This document shows, piece after piece, positions 32,496 to 40,945 of a stretch of DNA of 64,000 bases. The number at the start of each line of letters is the position of its first letter. The stretch's first letter is position 1. The stretch comes from an uncultured SAR86 cluster bacterium (GTDB lineage Bacteria; Pseudomonadota; Gammaproteobacteria; Magnimaribacterales; D2472). The notes beneath the pieces were generated by a model. The model had not been told where the DNA came from and searched no databases. It saw only the letters and a program-made list of their open reading frames with translations. The stretch lies in contig CACJJI010000004.1 of the NCBI GenBank assembly GCA_902593675.1, positions 6,170 through 70,169 of the forward strand, read 5' to 3'. Made by a program: the position numbers and the translations under genes.

Positions 32496-33330
32496 CGGTT
32501 TTCTCCTAGTTCACAAAGATTCTGGTATTACCTCGTCAAGGGTAGTGCAAATAATTAAAAAAAAATTTAATCTTAAAAAGGTTGGACATTTAGGTACTTT
32601 AGATCCCATGGCGACAGGTCTTTTGATTATCGCGATTAATAGGGCTACTAAGTTTGCATCTCTTCTTTTGCAAAGTGAAAAGTCATATCGAGCTGAGGTT
32701 ACCCTTGGAACCCAGACTGATACTGATGATGCTGAAGGTGAAGTAATATCTTCTAAAAACATCCAACAAAATAAATCTGAAGTTAAAGAAATTCTATTAA
32801 CCTTTCTGGGTGACAGTGATCAGTTGCCGCCAATTTATTCAGCTCTCAAGCACAAAGGCAAGCCTATGTACAAATATGCAAGAGATGGAATTAAAGTTAA
32901 AAAACCAGCAAGAAAAATATTTATAAAGAAAATAAATAATATTAAAATAAATTTACCTAAAGTTTCATTTGATATCAAATGCTCCAAAGGCACATATATT
33001 AGAGCTGTTGCTAGAGATTTAGGGCTCAAACTTGGTTGCGGAGCTCATCTATCAAAATTAATTAGAACTAGTCAGGAACAATTTAAGCTTTCTGATGCTT
33101 GTTCATTAGATGATACCAGCCTGGAAAAGCTAATATCATTAGAAAATGCTTTTGAAGATTTAGACTTCATTCAATTAAATGAAAATGATGCTACGGCATT
33201 TCTTCACGGCAGATCAATACAAACAGACTTTGAGCATACTGATCTATTGAGAGTTTATGACGCCAAAAATCAATTTATTGCAATAGGTAAAAAAACAAGC
33301 AAAGGCTTCAAGCATGAATACCTTGTTTAA
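32488..33330 (+). CDS. truB: tRNA pseudouridine(55) synthase
   Basis: GTG start. Carries the catalytic motif GHLGTLDPMATGLL and a KGTYIR motif. Confidence 0.92.
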   Translation: MINGFLLVHKDSGITSSRVVQIIKKKFNLKKVGHLGTLDPMATGLLIIAINRATKFASLLLQSEKSYRAEVTLGTQTDTDDAEGEVISSKNIQQNKSEVKEILLTFLGDSDQLPPIYSALKHKGKPMYKYARDGIKVKKPARKIFIKKINNIKINLPKVSFDIKCSKGTYIRAVARDLGLKLGCGAHLSKLIRTSQEQFKLSDACSLDDTSLEKLISLENAFEDLDFIQLNENDATAFLHGRSIQTDFEHTDLLRVYDAKNQFIAIGKKTSKGFKHEYLV

Positions 33331-33355
33331 TCAGTGAATAAGTAATAAGCTACAC

Positions 33356-33389
33356 CATCTCAAACTTTAGATATGCGAGGTTTGAGATG
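33356..33389 (+). promoter_or_regulatory. rpsO 5' leader hairpin (possible S15 autoregulatory structure)
   Basis: A perfect 10-bp inverted repeat, CATCTCAAAC (33356-33365) / GTTTGAGATG (33380-33389), with a 14-nt loop. It lies about 17 nt upstream of the SD AAGGAG (33406-33411). No T-run follows, so it is not a classic terminator. Confidence 0.35.
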
Positions 33390-33420
33390 ATTATGGTGCA
33401 TATCCAAGGAGAAAATAAAC

Positions 33421-33690
33421 ATGGCTTTATTAAAAGAAGAAAAGAATAAAATTGTTAAAGAGTTTCAGAACAGCGAAGCTGATACTGGCTCACCTGAAGT
33501 TCAAATAGCTCTTCTAACTGAAAATATTAATAAATTACAATCTCATTTCAAAATTCATAAAAAAGACCATCATTCAAGAACAGGTCTTATTAGAATGGTT
33601 AACTTAAGAAGAAAGCTTTTAGCATATCTCAAAAGAAAAAATCCAGAAAGCTATCAAGATATCATCAAATCTCTTAAATTAAGAGGATAA
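33421..33690 (+). CDS. rpsO: 30S ribosomal protein S15
   Basis: 89 aa with [39 protein letters not shown]. Confidence 0.95.
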   Translation: MALLKEEKNKIVKEFQNSEADTGSPEVQIALLTENINKLQSHFKIHKKDHHSRTGLIRMVNLRRKLLAYLKRKNPESYQDIIKSLKLRG

Positions 33691-33702
33691 ACAAGGAAAA
33701 TC

Positions 33703-35790
33703 GTGGAAGAAAATAAATTAAATACCCAATCCGTAGAATTCGAGTACGGAAACAAAACTGTTAAGATCGAAACTGGAAAAATTGCAAGACAAGCTACTTC
33801 AAGCATTATTGTAACTATAGATAACCTGGTCGTTTTAACGACCATGGTAGCTAGAAAAGAAGCGGATCCAAAGAAAGATTTCTTTCCATTGGCTGTTTTC
33901 TATCAAGAAAAATTTTATGCTGCTGGGAAAATTCCTGGTGGATATTTCAAGCGTGAGGCTAGACCAACCGAACAAGAAACATTGACTTCAAGGTTGATTG
34001 ATAGACCAATTAGACCTCTGTTTCCAGAAGATTTTAAAAACGAAATACAGATCTTTTGTACAGTCTTATCTTCAGATAAAAATATTAATCCCGATATAGC
34101 ATCCCTAATTGGAGCCTCTGCAGCACTCTCAATTTCAGGAGTTCCTTTCCAGGGCCCATTAGGAGCTGCAAGGGTTGGTTTTATCGACAGTAATTATGTT
34201 TTAAACCCATCACCACAAGAGTTAGAAAATTCTATGTTAGATATGGTTGTTGCAGGAACTGAAGACGCAGTATTGATGGTTGAATCCGAAGCAAATGAGT
34301 TAAGTGAAGATTTGATGCTTGGGTCAGTTCTATATGGTCATCAAGAGATGCAAAAAGTTATTAAAGCTTGTGCAGATCTAAGATCCAAAGTGAATCCAAT
34401 ACCATGGGAGTTTTCTGAGGATGAGTTAACCGCTGAATTTAAGAGTAAGATAGCCGACTCTTTTACCGATGAGATTGCCAAAGCTTTTAAGATTGCTGAT
34501 AAGTCTGAGAGAGGTGAAGCAATTAATTCAGTTAGAGAGAGTATTAATGATGCGTATGAGGACTTAGAAGAAATGGAAAGAGGCAAACTAATGAATGCCT
34601 TTAAACTTGTAGAAAAAGATGTTGTTAGAAAAAGTATCCTATCAAATGAACCAAGAATTGATGGAAGGGACTTAGATACAGTAAGACCAATCTTTGTTGA
34701 AACAAATGTTCTTCCAAGCGTTCATGGATCTTCCTTGTTTACTCGCGGTGAAACTCAAGCGTTGGTAGCAGCAACACTTGGCTCTACTAGAGATGCGCAA
34801 AGGATAGAAGGATTAAATGGTGAAGAATCAAATACATTTATGCTGCATTACAATTTTCCTGCATACAGTGTTGGTGAAATTGGTATGCCGCTTGGACCAA
34901 AACGAAGAGAGATAGGTCATGGAAATCTGGCAAAAAGAGCTATTAAAGCCGTTCTTCCAGATGCTGAAGAATTTGGCTATACCTTGAGAGTTGTTTCAGA
35001 AATAACTGAATCTAATGGTTCAAGTTCAATGGCTTCTGTGTGTGGAACTTCTCTCTCCTTAATGGATGCAGGTGTTCCTATTACAAATCCAGTAGCTGGA
35101 ATTGCGATGGGCCTAATCAAAGAGGAAAATGATTTTGCTGTTTTAACAGACATTCTTGGTGATGAGGATCATCTTGGCGATATGGATTTTAAAGTTGCAG
35201 GAACAAAAGATGGTGTAACAGCTTTACAAATGGATATTAAAGTTCAAGGCATTACTGCTGAAATTATGGAATCTGCTATGGAAAAAGCAAAAAATGCAAG
35301 AATGCATATTCTTGAAAAAATGAATGAAGTGATTTCTGCTCCAAAAGAGCTCTCAGACAATACTCCTGCCATGAAAAAGATTACAGTCCATCAAGACAAG
35401 ATAAAAGAGATAATCGGTAAGGGTGGAGCGGTCATCAAAGGCATGCAAGCGGATACAGGAGCATCTGTGGATGTTAATGATGATGGCGTTGTAACTATAT
35501 TTGGTGAGACGCAATCAATTATGAAAGCTGCATTAGAAATCATTGAGGGCATCATTGAAGATCCAGAATTAGATAAAGTATATGAAGGCAAGGTCGTTAA
35601 GATTGTGGACTTTGGTGCTTTTGTAAATATTCTACCTGGCAAAGACGGTTTACTTCATGTTTCCGAGATTTCCTCTGAAAGAGTTGAAAATGTATCTGAT
35701 GTTCTGAGTGAAGGTGATGTTATTAAGGTTAAATTGATTGGATTTGACCGTGGAAAAATGAAATTGTCTAAGAAAGCACTTGAGCAATAG
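33703..35790 (+). CDS. pnp: Polyribonucleotide nucleotidyltransferase (PNPase)
   Basis: GTG start 12 nt after the rpsO stop, with an AAGGA SD. Contains two RNase PH domains plus KH and S1 domains (GKVVKIVDFGAFV). Confidence 0.96.
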   Translation: MEENKLNTQSVEFEYGNKTVKIETGKIARQATSSIIVTIDNLVVLTTMVARKEADPKKDFFPLAVFYQEKFYAAGKIPGGYFKREARPTEQETLTSRLIDRPIRPLFPEDFKNEIQIFCTVLSSDKNINPDIASLIGASAALSISGVPFQGPLGAARVGFIDSNYVLNPSPQELENSMLDMVVAGTEDAVLMVESEANELSEDLMLGSVLYGHQEMQKVIKACADLRSKVNPIPWEFSEDELTAEFKSKIADSFTDEIAKAFKIADKSERGEAINSVRESINDAYEDLEEMERGKLMNAFKLVEKDVVRKSILSNEPRIDGRDLDTVRPIFVETNVLPSVHGSSLFTRGETQALVAATLGSTRDAQRIEGLNGEESNTFMLHYNFPAYSVGEIGMPLGPKRREIGHGNLAKRAIKAVLPDAEEFGYTLRVVSEITESNGSSSMASVCGTSLSLMDAGVPITNPVAGIAMGLIKEENDFAVLTDILGDEDHLGDMDFKVAGTKDGVTALQMDIKVQGITAEIMESAMEKAKNARMHILEKMNEVISAPKELSDNTPAMKKITVHQDKIKEIIGKGGAVIKGMQADTGASVDVNDDGVVTIFGETQSIMKAALEIIEGIIEDPELDKVYEGKVVKIVDFGAFVNILPGKDGLLHVSEISSERVENVSDVLSEGDVIKVKLIGFDRGKMKLSKKALEQ

Positions 35791-35851
35791 TTCTATATCC
35801 ATAACTTGTATTTATATTTAAATAGAAGTTTTATATATATCAGTTATACCT

Positions 35852-35885
35852 AAACTTGTTAAATGTCAAATTTAGCAAGTTTTTT
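35852..35885 (+). terminator. Candidate AT-rich intrinsic terminator after pnp
   Basis: AAACTTGTTAAAT (35852-35864) pairs with ATTTAGCAAGTTT (35870-35882), including one U.G pair, and runs into TTTTTT. The stem is AT-rich, so its strength is uncertain. Confidence 0.4.
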
Positions 35886-35915
35886 CATACGTTTTTCTTG
35901 TTCGTAATTTCTTTT

Positions 35916-35951
35916 TATGGTTTTATAGGTTAACTAACCATGCAAACCATA
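35916..35951 (+). promoter_or_regulatory. Nested inverted repeat abutting the SD of small ORF 1 (leader hairpin or operator)
   Basis: TATGGTTT (35916-35923) and AAACCATA (35944-35951) enclose GGTT-AACT-AACC (35928-35939). The SD AGGGGGA follows immediately. Confidence 0.3.
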
Positions 35952-35961
35952 GGGGGAAATT

Positions 35962-36180
35962 ATGGATAATGCATTTAGAATGTTAAGCGACTTAGTTAGT
36001 AATCTAACTAGTGTCATCATTGGTATCTTAGGACTTGGTATTGTTGGAAGCCTTGCTTTCGGCGATATGATGGGACTAGATGTGATCGGTAATATTACAT
36101 CATTGGTCGAGTCTTTAGCATCTAATGGTGTTGTAGGGCTTCTTGTACTAGCAGTTCTATACAGCTTAGTTAACAGATAA
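35962..36180 (+). CDS. Hypothetical 72-aa protein with two hydrophobic segments, Gly-rich (family not recognised)
   Basis: Good SD (AGGGGGA), ATG start and a strong terminator downstream. The two hydrophobic segments are IIGILGLGIVGSLAF and VVGLLVLAVLYSLV. It shows collinear similarity to the next ORF. Confidence 0.55.
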   Translation: MDNAFRMLSDLVSNLTSVIIGILGLGIVGSLAFGDMMGLDVIGNITSLVESLASNGVVGLLVLAVLYSLVNR

Positions 36181-36199
36181 GCATTGCTTAATCTATGTT

Positions 36200-36234
36200 A
36201 GAAAGGGTCGCTAGACCCTTTCTGACTTTTATTT
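36200..36234 (+). terminator. Strong Rho-independent terminator between the two small ORFs
   Basis: AGAAAGGGTC (36200-36209), loop GCTA, then GACCCTTTCT (36214-36223), followed by GACTTTTATTT. Confidence 0.7.
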
Positions 36235-36240
36235 ATAAAA

Positions 36241-36474
36241 ATGAATCTCAATAACTCTCTTATTAAACTTACTGCTTTTTTTAATAAGTTATTAAAATTA
36301 TTGTTACCTTTAGTGGCTGTTTCATTATTGCTGGGCATTATTTTTGGTCCTACAACTCCATTTGTTGGAGATGTATACAAAAATGTCACAGATATCTTGA
36401 ATATGCTAGGAGAGGATGCCCTGTTAGCATTGGTATCCTTAATAATAATTTTAATATTTTTTAAAAAAGAGTAG
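36241..36474 (+). CDS. Hypothetical 77-aa protein with two hydrophobic segments, paralog-like to the preceding ORF
   Basis: Same layout as ORF 35962-36180 (hydrophobic segment ending IFGP, linker NVTDILNML, second hydrophobic segment). It has no SD and starts only about 17 nt after the terminator stem. Confidence 0.45.
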   Translation: MNLNNSLIKLTAFFNKLLKLLLPLVAVSLLLGIIFGPTTPFVGDVYKNVTDILNMLGEDALLALVSLIIILIFFKKE

Positions 36475-36493
36475 CAAAAAGGGCGTCAATTTC

Positions 36494-36533
36494 CAGATAA
36501 ATTTCATTATCTGATTATCTTTTTATATTTTTT
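36494..36533 (+). terminator. Weak candidate terminator after small ORF 2
   Basis: CAGATAA (36494-36500) / TTATCTG (36507-36513) with a 6-nt loop, followed by a T-rich tract. The stem is AT-rich. Confidence 0.3.
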
Positions 36534-36546
36534 TAATTCTTATTCG

Positions 36547-36623
36547 TGGTGGCTATGGGTGGAATTGAACCACCGACCCCAGCGTTATGAGTGCTGTGCT
36601 CTAACCATCTGAGCTACATAGCC
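36547..36623 (-). tRNA. Elongator tRNA-Met (anticodon CAT)
   Basis: The reverse complement is GGCTATGTAGCTCAGATGGTTAGAGCACAGCACTCATAACGCTGGGGTCGGTGGTTCAATTCCACCCATAGCCACCA. It closely resembles E. coli metT and not ileX. tRNA-Ile2 cannot be fully excluded from sequence alone. Confidence 0.85.
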
Positions 36624-36657
36624 AAAGTGTGAAATGATAAAGAACTTCATTTAGAAG

Positions 36658-37743
36658 TCAAACGTTAAATTTAAAGTGAATTATATCTCCATCCATGACC
36701 AAATAATCCTTTCCTTCAAGTCTTAATTTACCCTCTCTCCTGGCTCCAGACTCCCCCTCACAGCCGATAAAGTCTTCATATGAAATGACTTCAGCTTTTA
36801 TGAAGCCTCTCTCAAAATCAGTATGAATAACACCGGCTGCCTGAGGTGCTAATGAGTTCTTCCGAATTGTCCAAGCTCTAGATTCTTTTGGCCCGGAAGT
36901 AAAAAATGTTTCGAGATTAAGTAGTTTGTAGCCTGAAAGGATAATTTTATTTAACACGGGCTCATCCATCCCAAGAAGCTCCAGATATTCTGATTGCTCT
37001 TCTTGTTCCAAGGCAGCTAACTCATGCTCTACATTGATGATAGCTGGAATGATATCTATGTCATTAGTCTTAGCATAAGCTTCTAAGTCAGAGAGATTAT
37101 TTTTTGAATCATCATCAGATAAATTTGCTACTAAAACCATTGGTTTGGTTGAAAGTAAGTTCATGCTTTCAATAAATTTTATTTCTTCAGCATCAAAATG
37201 ATCCAGTTTTGGTAGACTTCCATTTTCCATAAGGTCTTTTAAGCAGTGAATAATTGATTTATGTCTTTTTGCATCTTCATCCCCAGATCTGATAAGTTTT
37301 TTTAACTTTTGATCTCTTTTTTCAAGAACTTCAAGGTCTGCAAGAATTAATTCAAGATTAATGGTCTCAAAATCCTTAAGTGGGTTGATTGCACCATCAA
37401 CATGAACGACATTTTCATCATCAAAACATCTTACTACGTGGAGGAGGGCATTCATTTCTCTAATGTTAGATAGAAATGCATTGCCTAGACCTTCACCCTT
37501 AGAAGCCCCCTTTACAAGCCCAGCAATATCAACAAAGCTCATCGAAGCGGGAATCACCTTTTCAGAATTAACGATATTATTAATGCTATTAAGTCTATTA
37601 TCAGGAACACTGACAATTCCTAAGTTTGGTTCAATTGTGCAAAAAGGAAAGTTCTCGGCTGGAATTGATGATTTAGTTAATGCATTAAAAAGGGTTGATT
37701 TCCCAACATTAGGTAAACCTAGAATGCCACATTTAAAACCCAT
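36658..37743 (-). CDS. ychF: Redox-regulated ribosome-binding ATPase YchF
   Basis: N-terminus MGFKCGILGLPNVGKSTLFNALT, with a C-terminal TGS domain. The pth-ychF synteny is conserved. Confidence 0.93.
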   Translation of the reverse strand: MGFKCGILGLPNVGKSTLFNALTKSSIPAENFPFCTIEPNLGIVSVPDNRLNSINNIVNSEKVIPASMSFVDIAGLVKGASKGEGLGNAFLSNIREMNALLHVVRCFDDENVVHVDGAINPLKDFETINLELILADLEVLEKRDQKLKKLIRSGDEDAKRHKSIIHCLKDLMENGSLPKLDHFDAEEIKFIESMNLLSTKPMVLVANLSDDDSKNNLSDLEAYAKTNDIDIIPAIINVEHELAALEQEEQSEYLELLGMDEPVLNKIILSGYKLLNLETFFTSGPKESRAWTIRKNSLAPQAAGVIHTDFERGFIKAEVISYEDFIGCEGESGARREGKLRLEGKDYLVMDGDIIHFKFNV

Positions 37744-37745
37744 CT

Positions 37746-38309
37746 TTATTCACTATGAAGTTTTAATTGAGCGCTCTGAATATCATTGTTGCCTAAGAGC
37801 TCAATAATATTATTGAACTTAAACAAACTCTCTTGGATAGGATCTATTTCAGCTGGCTTGAATTTACCTAAAACCCAATTTGTTACATCTACTTTGTTTC
37901 CTGGGTGGCCAATACCAACTCTTAGTCTAATGAATGATTTTCCAACATGCGAGATAATACTTCTCAATCCATTATGTCCGCCATGACCACCTCCTATTTT
38001 TAACTTAAGACTGCCAATAGGAAGGTCTAAGTCGTCATGAATAACCATTACTTGCTCTAACTTGAAATTATTATTTTTTAGAATTTTGTTAATTGAATAA
38101 CCTGACTCATTAACATATTTGTTAGGGTATCCCCATAGAATTTTTTCATCAGAAGATATAGCAGTCGTAGATTCAATTTTTTTCTTTGAATGAAGTGTTA
38201 GATCGCAGTCAGTTGCAACGCTTTTTATCCAATCTTTACCAACATTATGCCGAGTTCCATCATACTTTGTTCCAGGATTGCCTAGTCCAATAATGCAGAT
38301 ATTAGGCAC
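37746..38309 (-). CDS. pth: Peptidyl-tRNA hydrolase
   Basis: Carries GLGNPGTKYDGTRHNVG and GGHGGHNGLRS. Confidence 0.92.
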   Translation of the reverse strand: MPNICIIGLGNPGTKYDGTRHNVGKDWIKSVATDCDLTLHSKKKIESTTAISSDEKILWGYPNKYVNESGYSINKILKNNNFKLEQVMVIHDDLDLPIGSLKLKIGGGHGGHNGLRSIISHVGKSFIRLRVGIGHPGNKVDVTNWVLGKFKPAEIDPIQESLFKFNNIIELLGNNDIQSAQLKLHSE

Positions 38310-38323
38310 AGATCTTTTGTACC

Positions 38324-39043
38324 TTAATCACTTGATTTATCTTCTTCAGGATTATCATCACCGGAAGCTTCTTGCTCTTCAGATGTTTCTTCTCCTTCAG
38401 CAACTTCTCCTTCAGCAACTTCTCCTTCTTCTCCTTCAGGTACAATCTCTGGCTCTTCCTCTTCTGCTCTTGGAGGATTGACTGAAACAATCATTTGATC
38501 ATTTTCTTCATCAAAGCCTGGGATTTCAGCCCCTTCAGGTAAAGTGATATCTGATAATCGAATTGCCTCATTGAGCATTAGGTTTGTAATATCCACTTCA
38601 ATCGCTTCAGGAATATCTCCAGCTAAGCAGGCGATTTCTATCTCTGAAATTGCCTTTGCAATTACACCACCATCTGTTTTAACGCCTTGACATTCTTCTT
38701 CACCGTTAAATCGAAATGGCACAACAACTTTAAGCTTAGTTTTTCTTGAAACTCTTTGAAAATCTGCATGGAGAAATTTTCCTTTAACTGGCTCTCTTTG
38801 AAGCTCCTTAAGAACAACTTTCTCTTCATTACCTTCAAGTAAAATTTTCAAAACCTGAGTATAGAAAAGCTCATTCTCAGAAGCTTTTGTTAGTTCATTG
38901 AGCTTTAACTTGATATTTTTTGACTCTTCTTCATTTCCATAAATAATTGCAGGAACCATTGAATCTTCCCGTCTAATTTCACGAGTTTTGTTTGTTCCAG
39001 TTCTAACTCTTAGATCTGCATTTAAAATAATTTCGTTTGACAT
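38324..39043 (-). CDS. rplY: 50S ribosomal protein L25 (Ctc form) with extended acidic tail
   Basis: N-terminal L25 domain (RTGTNKTREIRREDSMVPAIIYG) followed by a Ctc beta-domain. The last ~50 residues or so are rich in E, G, D and P. Confidence 0.88.
   Translation of the reverse strand: MSNEIILNADLRVRTGTNKTREIRREDSMVPAIIYGNEEESKNIKLKLNELTKASENELFYTQVLKILLEGNEEKVVLKELQREPVKGKFLHADFQRVSRKTKLKVVVPFRFNGEEECQGVKTDGGVIAKAISEIEIACLAGDIPEAIEVDITNLMLNEAIRLSDITLPEGAEIPGFDEENDQMIVSVNPPRAEEEEPEIVPEGEEGEVAEGEVAEGEETSEEQEASGDDNPEEDKSSD
38389..38440. repeat. Tandem 15-nt repeat within the rplY 3' region
   Basis: CTTCTCCTTCAGCAA occurs as two perfect copies (38389-38403 and 38404-38418) followed by degenerate copies. 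It encodes (EGEVA)n on the minus strand. Confidence 0.8.
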
Positions 39044-39067
39044 ATGTCGTACCTTATAGCTTAATTT

Positions 39068-40027
39068 TTACAAAAATAGAGCGCTCAGCGACTCTTCATT
39101 GTTTAATCTTCTGATGCACTCTGCAATAGTAGGGGCAAGAGAAATGACGCGTATTTTACTGCATTTTTCTGCTTCTGGGGATAAAGATATGGAATTGGTT
39201 ACAACTAATTCATCTATTGAAGATTTAGATATTCTCTCAATTGCAGGTCCAGATAGGACTGGATGAGTGATATAGGCTTTTACCATAGCTGCTCCAGCAT
39301 CTTTTAATGCTTGCGCTGCGTTACATAATGTTCCAGCTGTATCAATGATATCATCAGGAACAATACAGCATTTCCCTTTTACATCCCCAATTATATTCAT
39401 TACTTCAGATTCATTTGCAGTAGCTCTCCTTTTATCAATAATTGCAAGATCAGATTCATCTAAAAATTTTGCTAGCGCCCTAGCTCTTACAACTCCACCC
39501 ACATCTGGAGACACAACTAAGATCTCTTCATCTTGTGAAGATCTTGCCTTGATATCGTCATGCATAATCTTGGTTGCGTATACATTATCTGCAGGCATAT
39601 CAAAAAAACCCTGAATAGATTCTGAGTGAAGATCTACAGTTAGCACTCTGTCGACGCCAACAGAATTCATCATATCTGCTATAACTTTTGCACTGATAGG
39701 AACTCTTGCTGATCTTACCCTTCTGTCTTGACGAGCATAACCATAATAGGGAAGTATTGCTGTGATTCTGGATGCAGATGAGCGCTTTAAAGCATCAGTG
39801 ATTAACATTAACTCCATTAAATTTGAGTTTGAAGGGGAGCAAGTTGATTGAATGATATATGCTTCATGTCCTCGGACATTTTCTAGTATTTCTACTTTTA
39901 TTTCACCGTCTGAAAATTTATCAAGATCAATGTTGCCAAGCTTTAGCCCTAGTATTTTAGCAACTTCTTCTGATAGAGAAGTTGATGCTGAGCCTGAAAA
40001 AATCCCTACTGTAGGTTTATTAATCAT
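39068..40027 (-). CDS. prs: Ribose-phosphate pyrophosphokinase
   Basis: 319 aa with a [17 protein letters not shown] motif and the PRPP loop [11 protein letters not shown]. Confidence 0.95.
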   Translation of the reverse strand: MINKPTVGIFSGSASTSLSEEVAKILGLKLGNIDLDKFSDGEIKVEILENVRGHEAYIIQSTCSPSNSNLMELMLITDALKRSSASRITAILPYYGYARQDRRVRSARVPISAKVIADMMNSVGVDRVLTVDLHSESIQGFFDMPADNVYATKIMHDDIKARSSQDEEILVVSPDVGGVVRARALAKFLDESDLAIIDKRRATANESEVMNIIGDVKGKCCIVPDDIIDTAGTLCNAAQALKDAGAAMVKAYITHPVLSGPAIERISKSSIDELVVTNSISLSPEAEKCSKIRVISLAPTIAECIRRLNNEESLSALFL

Positions 40028-40039
40028 TTTCTATCTTTT

Positions 40040-40114
40040 TGGCTGGGGTGGTTGGATTCGAACCAACGCATGACGGGATCAAAACCCGTTGCCTTACCGC
40101 TTGGCTACACCCCA
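40040..40114 (-). tRNA. tRNA-Gln (anticodon TTG)
   Basis: The reverse complement is TGGGGTGTAGCCAAGCGGTAAGGCAACGGGTTTTGATCCCGTCATGCGTTGGTTCGAATCCAACCACCCCAGCCA. It is close to E. coli glnU/V-type tRNA. Confidence 0.9.
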
Positions 40115-40945
40115 TTATTCTATTAACGTTAATAATGGTGAACATTGTAAAGGTTCACAAAAAGAGTGTCTCCATTTAGGTGGAATTTTTTTCATTGTTT
40201 TTTCAATGTCTTTAAGATCATTATAAACGCAAAAAATTGTTGAACCTGTCCCAGAAAGCTTAAAAGAATTAATTTTATTTAATTCATTAAAAATTTCTTT
40301 AATCTCTTTATGTTCGTCAAGAAAAATTGGTAAGAATGAATTCTCTTCGTTGAGATTAATAGATTTCTGAGATGCTTTGCTTAATTTATCCCATTTCAAG
40401 AAAAGTTCCCTTGTAGATGAGTGAATATGAGGAAATAGAAGTAAATATTTCCTATCAATATGTTTTTTTTCTTCAATTAGTTTTTCACCAATACCGGAAG
40501 CATGCGCGTTCTTTCCAAAAACAAAAAATGGGACATCTGCACCCAACTCTTTTCCAAGCTTCATAAGCTCTTGAGAAGAAAGACCTAGTTTAAATAAAGA
40601 ATTAACTCCAATAAGTGCAGCAGCAGCATTAGAGCTTCCGCCGCCTAAACCACCACCTAATGGGATATTTTTCTTGATTTCTACATCACAAAATATTTCT
40701 TTACCAATATGATCTGATAATGCCTTGATTGCATTGAAAACTATATTATTTTTTCCTTCAATCTGGCCGGCAATATTGGTTTTAACAGAAATAGACTTGC
40801 TTGATATTTTTTTTATCACTAACTCATCAAACAGATTGATTAATTGGAAGTGCGTTTTGATTTCATGCATCCCATCAACTCTTTTACTCAATACTGAAAG
40901 ATTTAAATTAAGTTTTGCAGGACAATTAAGTTTTATACTATCCAC
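40115..40945 (-). CDS. ispE: 4-diphosphocytidyl-2-C-methyl-D-erythritol kinase
   Basis: GHMP-kinase motif PLGGGLGGGSSNAAAAL. It sits in the lolB-ispE-prs synteny block. Confidence 0.88.
   Translation of the reverse strand: MDSIKLNCPAKLNLNLSVLSKRVDGMHEIKTHFQLINLFDELVIKKISSKSISVKTNIAGQIEGKNNIVFNAIKALSDHIGKEIFCDVEIKKNIPLGGGLGGGSSNAAAALIGVNSLFKLGLSSQELMKLGKELGADVPFFVFGKNAHASGIGEKLIEEKKHIDRKYLLLFPHIHSSTRELFLKWDKLSKASQKSINLNEENSFLPIFLDEHKEIKEIFNELNKINSFKLSGTGSTIFCVYNDLKDIEKTMKKIPPKWRHSFCEPLQCSPLLTLIE

Noticed and set aside
36198-36389. Minus-strand 63-aa ORF overlapping small ORF 2
   Set aside because: It runs through the terminator hairpin and has no SD. It lacks the two-hydrophobic-segment pattern and the paralogy to ORF 1 that support the plus-strand reading.
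35962-36474. Identifying the two small hydrophobic proteins as TatA/E (F-G-P hinge), ATP synthase subunit c, VirB2/TrbC pilin or Flp pilin
   Set aside because: In TatA the TM segment is at the extreme N-terminus, is followed by a basic amphipathic helix, and has no second TM. Subunit c needs a conserved carboxylate in helix 2, which is absent here. VirB2 and Flp pilins have signal or leader peptides and characteristic motifs not seen here. The resemblance is limited to length and hydrophobicity.
35791-36623. Integrated-element remnant at the 3' end of tRNA-Met
   Set aside because: I looked for a direct repeat of the tRNA 3' end near the pnp side. The best match is only about 9 of 14 nt, at 35947-35960 (CATAGGGGGAAATT versus CTATGGGTGGAATT). 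No integrase, excisionase or phage-like genes are present, so this stays a weak possibility mentioned in the finding.
38278-38490. ORFs 38278-38481 (+) and 38302-38490 (-) with Q/L-rich or K/E/L-rich repeats
   Set aside because: They are alternative-frame readings of the tandem repeat that encodes the acidic tail of L25. They have no independent start signals.
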